DNA of 64,000 nt. Source: Alphaproteobacteria bacterium. GTDB taxonomy: Bacteria; Pseudomonadota; Alphaproteobacteria; RF32; CAG-239. The number at the start of each line of letters is the position of its first letter. Positions within the stretch are counted from its first letter, which is position 1. The notes under the pieces are model-generated. The model searched no databases. It was not told the origin of the DNA and worked only from the letters and a program-made list of their open reading frames with translations. The position numbers were made by a program, and so were the translations under genes. Shown piece after piece: positions 52,734-59,300 of this stretch. The DNA lies in assembly GCA_017528205.1 (NCBI GenBank), contig JAFXPE010000032.1, positions 6,430 to 70,429 of the forward strand, in the 5' to 3' direction.

Positions 52734-53102
52734 CTATCTCCCATTTGATTTTTGCGGTGGTGTGAGCGGTTGGCCAGAATGTTCAAGACTGTCTGTTTGT
52801 GTTGATATGTTTTGATTATTACCGCTTTGAGGTGTGGCCGTTTTGCGGATCATGCGTAGGATCTCACGCTCTTCTGGTGTAATTTCTTCCGGTTGCCATG
52901 CCGTTGGTAACACATCAAGAGGCTTGCAACCGAGTGCGGTGGCAATTTTTTCAACCTGCTCAAGATCCATAGAGCGTGCATTATTCTCTAACCGGCCAAG
53001 ATGGACTTGGCTTATACCTATTTTTTCGGCAAGCTGCTCTTGCGTTAATCCGGCTTTTTTCCGCAGTTGCCTGATATTATTCTTAATAATCGTATCAGTC
53101 AT
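52734..53102 (-). CDS. XRE/CI-type HTH phage repressor without a peptidase domain
   Basis: 122 aa. IRQLRKKAGLTQEQLAEKIGISQVHLGRLENN is a canonical HTH_3 motif. The C-terminal 50 aa are Pro/Gln/Thr/Ser-rich with no S24 motifs. Confidence 0.82.
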   Translation of the reverse strand: MTDTIIKNNIRQLRKKAGLTQEQLAEKIGISQVHLGRLENNARSMDLEQVEKIATALGCKPLDVLPTAWQPEEITPEEREILRMIRKTATPQSGNNQNISTQTDSLEHSGQPLTPPQKSNGR

Positions 53103-53127
53103 TTTATACCTCTTTGATTTTAAATAA

Positions 53128-53156
53128 ATTATACCAGAAAGGTTTATTTAATTCAA
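53128..53156 (-). promoter_or_regulatory. candidate repressor-gene promoter
   Basis: The minus strand reads TTGAAT (53156-53151), a 17-nt spacer, then TGgTATAAT (extended -10, hexamer 53133-53128). A 25-nt leader with AGAGG follows. Confidence 0.6.
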
Positions 53157-53180
53157 TAGAAATAAAGGTCAGTTTTCAAC

Positions 53181-53237
53181 ATAAACCATATATGTTTATT
53201 TTTTATCTTGACTTAATAAACCATATATGTTTATTCT
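53181..53237 (+). promoter_or_regulatory. rightward early promoter with two copies of the 18-bp operator (right pair)
   Basis: ATAAACCATATATGTTTA occurs at 53181-53198 and 53216-53233. -35 TTGACT (53208-53213), an 18-nt spacer and -10 TATTCT (53232-53237) place the second operator over the spacer and -10. Confidence 0.65.
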
Positions 53238-53260
53238 GTCATTTAGGAGGTATTACCACT

Positions 53261-53488
53261 ATGATGAAACTTCAAGAATATTTAGATAACAACAAAAAGA
53301 CGGTGGCTGATTTAGCCAGAGCTTGTGAAGTAAAGCACACAGTGGCTTTGCGGTGGGCAAACGGTGCGCGCATACCGTCAAGAGAGAATATGCAAAAAAT
53401 CTTTGCATACACGGACGGCCAAGTTGAGCCGAACGATTTTTATAACATTAACACAGAAGAAGAAAAGGAGCTTAACAGTGTCAACTGA
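53261..53488 (+). CDS. Cro/YdaS-like HTH protein
   Basis: AGGAGG lies 10 nt before ATG 53261. KKTVADLARACEVKHTVALRWANGARIPSRENMQKIFAYTDGQV fits the YdaS/Cro-like pattern (..W..G.R.P......I...T.G.V). 75 aa. Confidence 0.7.
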   Translation: MMKLQEYLDNNKKTVADLARACEVKHTVALRWANGARIPSRENMQKIFAYTDGQVEPNDFYNINTEEEKELNSVN

Positions 53489-53765
53489 TAACATTATCAA
53501 ATACACGCCGGAAGATGTTCAGCGCATTATGGCCGAACGCGTTAGGGTTAATTACAGATCTGCAACGTTTAAGGCCGGCATGATTGCCGAATATTGCTTT
53601 GAATATCCGAACGGCAAGATCCACGCCGATGTTGTGTGTGCTTTTCCGGTTGATCCGGCAAACGCAGATTATGACAACGGCGTGATTGTTTGTAACAAAA
53701 AGATTGAGGCACAAATTTGGCCTTTGATCGGACAGTATTCACTTATTACAGGAGAAAAATTGTGA
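53478..53765 (+). CDS. hypothetical phage protein
   Basis: GTG 53478 is preceded by AAGGAG (7-nt spacing). 95 aa. The earlier part of track ORF 53364.. overlaps the Cro-like gene out of frame. Confidence 0.5.
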   Translation: MSTDNIIKYTPEDVQRIMAERVRVNYRSATFKAGMIAEYCFEYPNGKIHADVVCAFPVDPANADYDNGVIVCNKKIEAQIWPLIGQYSLITGEKL

Positions 53766-54145
53766 GTAACGATATTAAAGATTTCAGTCGAATGATCGGC
53801 GAATTAGAGGACGGTCAATTTAATGCTGACTGCTCGCAGCAGTTTGAAAAGGCGTTGCAGTCCGTTAAGGAACGTTGTGAGATTGATGGTGCAAAATCGG
53901 CTACGGCCACAATAGCTGTCAATTTGAAAATCAGTTTTGTGAGTGGTAATATTGAGGTGAACGCCGATGTTTCAAGCAAACTGCCGGCTAAACCGCGCAA
54001 CCGCTCAATCTTCTGGCTTTCAGAGGACGGCAAAGGGATTTGCCGCGAAAATCCTAAACAGCCTCGCCTGCCGTTTGATGTCATCGCCGGCAAGCGTGAA
54101 GTAGTCAACTATGATAACGAAAGGAAAGATATAAATGGAGAATAA
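53762..54145 (+). CDS. hypothetical phage protein
   Basis: GTG 53762 overlaps the upstream stop (GTGA) and follows AGGAGA. 127 aa. Confidence 0.5.
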   Translation: MSNDIKDFSRMIGELEDGQFNADCSQQFEKALQSVKERCEIDGAKSATATIAVNLKISFVSGNIEVNADVSSKLPAKPRNRSIFWLSEDGKGICRENPKQPRLPFDVIAGKREVVNYDNERKDINGE

Positions 54146-55022
54146 TGAAAATACCGTTGTTGCGGTTAGGGATATTGTTGAAAAATATTTTGAGCCGCGT
54201 GTTGTGCAGGTTGAGGGCACAAAAGGCTTGCTTGTTGCACCGGAGGGCATGAGCGTTGCGCACGTCAAACGGTTTATTGATGATGAGCGTCAAGCACCGG
54301 AAGTGTTAAAAGGCAGCACGACGCTACATAATTGCAAGAGCTTTATTGATTTTGTAAATCGCTATAAATATGATACTTCGGCAATTTTCTATGATCAGGA
54401 TAAGCAAAAAATTACTTGCATATTTGATTGCGCAACAAAGGACGTGACAAGTTTTGAACGTCATAAGGCTGATTATGCTTTCCCTTTCAGTGACGAATTG
54501 AAAGAGTGGAAAGAGCATAACGGTGATATTATGACGCAAATTGATTTTGCTTTCTTTATTGAAAAGAATGTTTTGGATTTAGCTGATCCTGATAAGACAG
54601 CCGAAAGTGAGGCCTTAAAAGAGATCCGGCTACGCATTGGCGGCCATTTTGCTGCCGTTAGCAAAATGGTGGAACTCTCCAGAGGCATTTCAATCCATAG
54701 TGATGAACGCGCTACGGTTAAATATGATCCGAATACCGGTGAAAGCACGGTTGATTTTTCAAGTGAGCATACCGACGCCGCCGGTGAAAAGGTAAAAGTG
54801 CCGAATATGTTTTTGATTGTTATACCTATTCTTAAGGGCGGTAAATCGTATCAGTTGCCATGTCGGCTGCGCCACCGCTTAAAGAATGGACAGATTATAT
54901 GGTGGTATGAAGTGATTGATCTTGATAAGGCCATCGCTGCCGCGATTGATGAAGAATTGAACGAGATTAAAGATAAGATCGGCTTGCCGGTATTCTACGG
55001 AGATTTGCCATCAGGCAGATAA
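54135..55022 (+). CDS. DUF2303 (YfdQ-like) phage protein
   Basis: 295 aa. The pattern ..SFIDFVNRYK....AIFYD......C.FD........ERHKADY.F.FS.E.KEW......M.Q..FAFFIE.N..D...P agrees with my memory of the YfdQ family. Confidence 0.55.
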   Translation: MENNENTVVAVRDIVEKYFEPRVVQVEGTKGLLVAPEGMSVAHVKRFIDDERQAPEVLKGSTTLHNCKSFIDFVNRYKYDTSAIFYDQDKQKITCIFDCATKDVTSFERHKADYAFPFSDELKEWKEHNGDIMTQIDFAFFIEKNVLDLADPDKTAESEALKEIRLRIGGHFAAVSKMVELSRGISIHSDERATVKYDPNTGESTVDFSSEHTDAAGEKVKVPNMFLIVIPILKGGKSYQLPCRLRHRLKNGQIIWWYEVIDLDKAIAAAIDEELNEIKDKIGLPVFYGDLPSGR

Positions 55023-55031
55023 TGTGATTAA

Positions 55032-55056
55032 AGGCGGTGGTGAAATACCACCGCCT
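55032..55056 (+). terminator. strong GC hairpin after the DUF2303-like gene (no clear U-tract)
   Basis: AGGCGGTGGT (55032-55041), loop gaaat, ACCACCGCCT (55047-55056). Confidence 0.35.
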
Positions 55057-55116
55057 GCACCGGTATTATTACGATATTACAATATAAGAGCTTAATTTAT
55101 CAAAGGGTTGAAAATA

Positions 55117-55401
55117 ATGGTTGAAGAAACAGAAAAGAAAAAGGGTTGGGTTGTGCCGGTGGCAGCGGTTGAGGCGTTGCGATCGGAGGACGCTGAACTG
55201 TTTAAGGAGGCATTTTTAGCCATGCATGACTATAATATGAACGGTGATGTTGATATGACGGCCATGACGCCTGCAGCGCGTGTGTTGTTTAGTTTGTTTA
55301 AGGAAACGATTGACGGCAATATGCGCCGCTATGAGGCTATAAAAAAACGCAATCAGGAAACAGCCAAGAGCCGAAAACCGCGCAAGAAAAGAGGAGAATA
55401 A
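55117..55401 (+). CDS. small DUF6291-like protein (domain seen at N-termini of phage replication organisers)
   Basis: 94 aa from ATG 55117. ...LFKEAFLAMHDYNMNGDVD...TPAARVLFSLFKETIDGNMRRYEAIKKRN....K.RKP resembles the DUF6291 pattern (..Y...G.......F...K..ID.N..RYE). This rests on recollection only. Confidence 0.4.
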   Translation: MVEETEKKKGWVVPVAAVEALRSEDAELFKEAFLAMHDYNMNGDVDMTAMTPAARVLFSLFKETIDGNMRRYEAIKKRNQETAKSRKPRKKRGE

Positions 55402-55748
55402 AAATTTTTACCAAAAGTTACCAGTGGTAAAAAAACACGCAAAATTTTACCAAAAGTTACCAGTGGTGACGAAAAACGAATAAAGGCAGCCAAAACCGGC
55501 CGCAAACGCAGTAAAATGATTTTTAGTTAAAAATTTGGTAGCGGTTGGTGAGGTTTGGTGAAAAAAAAGAAAAGAAAAAGAAGCAAAAAGAAAATAAATA
55601 AAAAATTATTTTGGTTGTTGGTTAAAAGGTAGTCGGTTTAAGGGTTAAAGGTTTAAGTTATGGGTTACAGGGAAAAGGTTAAGAGGGTTACAGGGAGAAA
55701 GGAAAAGGTTGCAAAACTTGTGGATAGATCCACACGTTTTGTGGATAA
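55401..55748. repeat. non-coding repeat region: 27/28-bp direct repeat x2, polypurine tract, GGTTA-type iterons and three DnaA-box-like sites (candidate phage origin)
   Basis: - AAAATTTT(T)ACCAAAAGTTACCAGTGGT at 55401-55428 and 55441-55467.
- A purine run at 55561-55607.
- GGGTTACAGGGA at 55662-55673 and 55685-55696.
- TGTGGATAG at 55719-55727, AGATCCACA at 55726-55734 and TGTGGATAA at 55740-55748. Confidence 0.55.
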
Positions 55749-55987
55749 ATGCTTGTCACATAAACGCGCCTTTGCGGACAAGCCTGCCGGCTTACCCTCG
55801 CAAAGACTGCGTTATACAAGCATTTTGGAGATGATTGCAGGCAAAGCTGCAATCATTAGTGCGCAAGTTAAAACTTGCTTATTGCGCCTATCGGCGCAGG
55901 CTCGGCAAGGAAAAGGAGCGCGTTTTTGGCTTTGTGCAGCAATTTCTGTCTATTTTTTGGTTGCAAGTGTTGTATGGGAGGTTAAGA

Positions 55988-56377
55988 ATGTTATCAAAAA
56001 TCAGAACGATTGAAGATGTTAAGTTTGAATTGACGCGGTATTTTGAAACATTGCGCGCCTTACCGGCACCGGAACGGCCGGATTATGCCAAGAATTACCT
56101 CTGGCAACTGCTGCCAAGTGAGCCGAATGACGATGACAAAGAGGCAGCCGGCAAAAGATTTCAGCCGACAACGGTGGATATAGCAGATTGTTGGTATATG
56201 GACGCCAATTTTATACCGCTGCTGACTAAGTTTGAATATAAATTGCTTAGCCGCCGGCTGCGTGATAAGCCGCTGCCGTGGAAAGTGATTGAACATGAAA
56301 CAAATTACTCACGGCAATGGCTTAAATTCTACATGGATAAAGCCTTGCAACGCCTTTTTGTCCACATGAAAAGTTAA
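55988..56377 (+). CDS. putative late-gene regulator (in the position of lambda Q / RinA-ArpU-type activators)
   Basis: GGGAGG lies 6 nt before ATG 55988. 129 aa. The C-terminal LLSRRLRDKPLPWKVIEHETNYSRQWLKFYMDKALQRL looks like a sigma-region-4-type HTH. It is the last gene before the terminase leader. Confidence 0.45.
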   Translation: MLSKIRTIEDVKFELTRYFETLRALPAPERPDYAKNYLWQLLPSEPNDDDKEAAGKRFQPTTVDIADCWYMDANFIPLLTKFEYKLLSRRLRDKPLPWKVIEHETNYSRQWLKFYMDKALQRLFVHMKS

Positions 56378-56454
56378 TTTTTAGACACAAAATGAGTTAT
56401 TAAGAGATACAAAAAGATTAAATAATATGATAAATCAAGCACTTATAATGATAA

Positions 56455-56530
56455 TTTACATCACTTTACAAACACTTTACATCAATTTACAAAAAATGAC
56501 TTTACATAATCACGTTAATCAAAGTATAAA
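56455..56530 (+). promoter_or_regulatory. five phased TTTACA repeats, the last forming a candidate late promoter
   Basis: TTTACA occurs at 56455, 56465, 56476, 56486 and 56501 (spacings 10, 11, 10, 15). The last copy, an 18-nt spacer and TATAAA (56525-56530) form a sigma70-like promoter. Confidence 0.45.
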
Positions 56531-56566
56531 AATTGTAGGATAGGGTTTTTAGACTTTATCCGGTAG

Positions 56567-56596
56567 AGGCCACTCATTTGAGCGGCCTTTTTGTTT
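56567..56596 (+). terminator. intrinsic terminator ~35-60 nt downstream of the candidate late promoter
   Basis: AGGCCACTC / GAGCGGCCT stem (one mismatch) followed by TTTTTGTTT. Confidence 0.55.
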
Positions 56597-56641
56597 GGTG
56601 TAACACTGAACAATAACCCTGCGACGGGTTAAGCTCCAAAG

Positions 56642-56675
56642 GCCACGCGCTATTCAACCGGCGCGTGGCTTTCTT
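56642..56675 (+). terminator. second GC-rich hairpin terminator immediately before terS
   Basis: GCCACGCGC (56642-56650) / GCGCGTGGC (56661-56669), then TTTCTTG. It ends 2 nt before the terS ATG. Confidence 0.5.
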
Positions 56676-56677
56676 GT

Positions 56678-57205
56678 ATGGTGAATGAAATGACAAAGGA
56701 AAAGAAAACAACAAAGGCAAAAAAGTCGGTTGGCCGGCCGAAAGTGAAATGGAAGAGCAAGGCAAACGCTGACAGGATTTTTGCGGCCATGCAAGACGGC
56801 AAGAGCTTGCGACAGATCTGCAGAGAGAACGGTTGGCCACACAGCACGGTGCTTGCTTGGTTGAATGGTGAGTTTTCTGACCAATACACGCAAGCGCAGG
56901 AGCGGCGCGCGGATTATTACTTTGAGGAAATACTTGAGATCGCTGACAGTTGTCCGGCTGATAAGGAGGAAGTGGCTGCAGCCAAGTTAAGAATTGATAC
57001 GCGCAAGTGGATCATAGGCAGAATGAATCCCAAAAAATACAGTGACAGGGTTAATGTTGACATGAGCGGTGAAACAAAGGTGACGCATGACGGAACAGTT
57101 GAATTTACCCCGACAGATATGGCAATATCGCGACTTGATGAAATCGTTAGCAGAGCTATCGGGGAAAGAAAAGATACAGGCTTGGAGGACACTGGCGAAA
57201 AATGA
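56678..57205 (+). CDS. terS: terminase small subunit
   Basis: 175 aa. N-terminal HTH (GRPKVKW.....DRIFAAMQDGKSLRQICRENGWPHSTVLAWL) and the conserved ...RIDTRKWIIGRMNPKKYSDR pattern of small terminases. It lies directly upstream of terL. Confidence 0.72.
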   Translation: MVNEMTKEKKTTKAKKSVGRPKVKWKSKANADRIFAAMQDGKSLRQICRENGWPHSTVLAWLNGEFSDQYTQAQERRADYYFEEILEIADSCPADKEEVAAAKLRIDTRKWIIGRMNPKKYSDRVNVDMSGETKVTHDGTVEFTPTDMAISRLDEIVSRAIGERKDTGLEDTGEK

Positions 57206-58580
57206 TTTGTTTTTTCTTCTGGTGTATGTGCTCGGCGTTAGCTTTGCGAATAATCAATGGGCGCTTGACCGGTGCAGAGAATACCAAGAAGATCCTTACG
57301 GCTTTTTGGATTTGTGGGCACGCGGCCACTTTAAGAGCACAATTATTACATACGCGCACACGATATTTGAAATATTGAACAATCCGGAGGTTACGATCGG
57401 AATTTTCAGCCATAAACTGCCGATCGCAAAATCCTTTGTGATCCAGATTAAAAACACGTTGGAGAGCAATGAACTGCTAAAGCTCTTGTTTCCTGACATA
57501 CTTTATGCCAAGCCGGCAAGGGAAAGTCCAAAGTGGACAGAGGATAAAATTTGCGTGAAAAGACAATCATCACGCAAAGAGATGACGGTTGAGGCCTGCG
57601 GTGTTGTTGAGGGGCAGCCGACAGGAATGCACTTTGATATTTTGGTGTATGATGACTTGGTGACTTTGGAGAGTGTGAACACGCCGGAGCAGATCCTCAA
57701 GACAACGGCGGCGTATAAAATGAGCCTTAACTTGGGCAGCGCAACAGCAAAGCGCGCCATGATCGGCACATTTTATGCGTTTAATGATACATATAACGTG
57801 ATTATTGATGAGGGCGGCGTTATCCCTCGGATATATCCGGCAATGACAGATCCGAAGGATTTTAACACTTCTGTCTTTTTACCGCCGGAAGAGTTAAAAC
57901 AAAAACGTATTGAAATGGGCGCAGCAACATTTGGCACACAGATGTTACTGGATCCGTCTATTGCAAACAACAGATATTTTCTGCCGGAATGGGTAAAATA
58001 CTATGACGGCAATGGCCATGAAACAATGATTAAATACATCATTGTGGATCCGGCCTCAAGCAAGGAGAAACGCAGCGACTACACTGTCATGCTTGTCTTG
58101 GGTTTAGGCAAGGACGGCAACTATTATGTTGTTGACGGTGTGCGCGATCGGCTTAATTTGTCTGAACGAACAAACATGTTATTCAGGCTTGTTGAGCAAT
58201 ACCGGCCAAAAGCGGTGTGGTATGAAAGTTATGGGCAGCAGGCTGATAATGAGCATATTCAATCTGAAATGAATGTGCGACATTTTCGGTTTGCGATCAA
58301 TCGGCTTGGCGGCACAATGGCTAAAAAAGCAAGGATTGAACGTTTGCAGCCTTTATTTGAGCAAGGCAAAATCTGGTTTCCGACAAGGCTGCCGTTTTTA
58401 ACGGTGGACAACGGCTATCAGGATTTTACCAAGCTCTTTTTGGACGACGAATATTTGAAATATCCGGCCTGCAATCACGACGATATGATTGACTGCTTGG
58501 CTCGGTTGTTTGATATAAACGCTATCTTTCCACAAAGCGGCGCAGCTTATCAAACAATTTTCTATAACAAGAAAGGGTAA
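57087..58580 (+). CDS. terL: terminase large subunit
   Basis: 497 aa. Walker-A-like ARGHFKST, Walker B FDILVYDD, and C-terminal RNaseH-like nuclease motifs (IIVDPASS, ..SYGQQA.., NHDDMIDCLA). It overlaps terS by 119 nt in another frame. An alternative ATG lies at 57138. Confidence 0.85.
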   Translation: MTEQLNLPRQIWQYRDLMKSLAELSGKEKIQAWRTLAKNDLFFLLVYVLGVSFANNQWALDRCREYQEDPYGFLDLWARGHFKSTIITYAHTIFEILNNPEVTIGIFSHKLPIAKSFVIQIKNTLESNELLKLLFPDILYAKPARESPKWTEDKICVKRQSSRKEMTVEACGVVEGQPTGMHFDILVYDDLVTLESVNTPEQILKTTAAYKMSLNLGSATAKRAMIGTFYAFNDTYNVIIDEGGVIPRIYPAMTDPKDFNTSVFLPPEELKQKRIEMGAATFGTQMLLDPSIANNRYFLPEWVKYYDGNGHETMIKYIIVDPASSKEKRSDYTVMLVLGLGKDGNYYVVDGVRDRLNLSERTNMLFRLVEQYRPKAVWYESYGQQADNEHIQSEMNVRHFRFAINRLGGTMAKKARIERLQPLFEQGKIWFPTRLPFLTVDNGYQDFTKLFLDDEYLKYPACNHDDMIDCLARLFDINAIFPQSGAAYQTIFYNKKG

Positions 58581-58584
58581 AACT

Positions 58585-58977
58585 ATGGGATTAGGTAAAA
58601 GTTTGAAAAAAGCCTTTAAGAAAGCAACAAAAGCCGTTACAAAAACGGTTAAGAGTGTTGTAACAAGCGGCACGGACGCAATCAAAGCAGTTAGCAAAGG
58701 TGATTTAACCGGTTTAGCTGACGCTGCAGTGCGCATGTCATCGGCCGGCACAATATCGCTAAAAGATAAAGGTTTGCTAAATGCAGGCTTAGGAGTGGAG
58801 CAGCAAGTTGAGGCACCACCGACACAAACAGAGCAGCCGTATGACGGTTTGCTTGCTTATGTGACAGATCAACGCAATCGCAGAGCAAAGCGCAATCGCC
58901 AAAGCACAAACAACACTAACGGAAACACAAAAGTTGACGGCAATAGATTGTCCGGCACAACTGCTTTAGGAGTGTAA
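58585..58977 (+). CDS. hypothetical small structural-module protein (paralog 1)
   Basis: 130 aa. Lys-rich amphipathic N-terminus. The C-terminus is ..DQRNRRAKRNRQ....GTTALGV. Confidence 0.55.
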   Translation: MGLGKSLKKAFKKATKAVTKTVKSVVTSGTDAIKAVSKGDLTGLADAAVRMSSAGTISLKDKGLLNAGLGVEQQVEAPPTQTEQPYDGLLAYVTDQRNRRAKRNRQSTNNTNGNTKVDGNRLSGTTALGV

Positions 58978-58981
58978 TGAT

Positions 58982-59299
58982 ATGTCTTTCAGTAGAGTAT
59001 TTAGGAAACTGCGCAAATACGTTATTAAAAAAGCTAAAGCCACAGCTCAAGCTGCTGAACAAGCGAAAGCGGCAGAGCAAGCAAAAGCTGCCGAAACTGC
59101 CGCAGCAACGCAGGCGGTGGCCACGCAGCCACCGGTGCAAACAACGGCAATACCGGTGCAAACTACCGGCACGCCGGTTGATCAGGATAATGACAGCCTT
59201 GATCTTTATATCAATACAATGCGCAATCGGCGTAAAAGAGGAGCGCAGCTGCCAGATGTGGCTGCGTTATTAGGACAAACAGCCACATTGGGGGTTTAA
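58982..59299 (+). CDS. hypothetical small structural-module protein (paralog 2)
   Basis: 105 aa. Lys-rich N-terminus, an AEQAKAAEQAKAAE repeat, and the C-terminus ..TMRNRRKRGAQ....GQTATLGV. Confidence 0.55.
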   Translation: MSFSRVFRKLRKYVIKKAKATAQAAEQAKAAEQAKAAETAAATQAVATQPPVQTTAIPVQTTGTPVDQDNDSLDLYINTMRNRRKRGAQLPDVAALLGQTATLGV

Positions 59300-59300
59300 T

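Noticed and set aside
55401-55467. Possible CRISPR-like repeat (27/28-bp unit repeated with a 40-bp period).
   Set aside because: There are only two copies, no cas genes and AT-rich units with internal palindromes. It fits protein-binding iterons better than a CRISPR array. No CRISPR array was seen anywhere in the window.
55660-56013. 117-aa plus-strand ORF, and the 5' part of ORF 55835..56377.
   Set aside because: The frames run through iterons, DnaA boxes and stacked hairpins, and lack a credible RBS. The downstream ATG 55988 has GGGAGG and gives a compact HTH-like protein.
56574-56893. Three overlapping minus-strand ORFs of 79-88 aa opposite the terS leader and 5' end.
   Set aside because: They are antisense to terS and to the terminator hairpins, and are mutually overlapping frames. 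This is typical of spurious ORFs in a GC-richer stretch.
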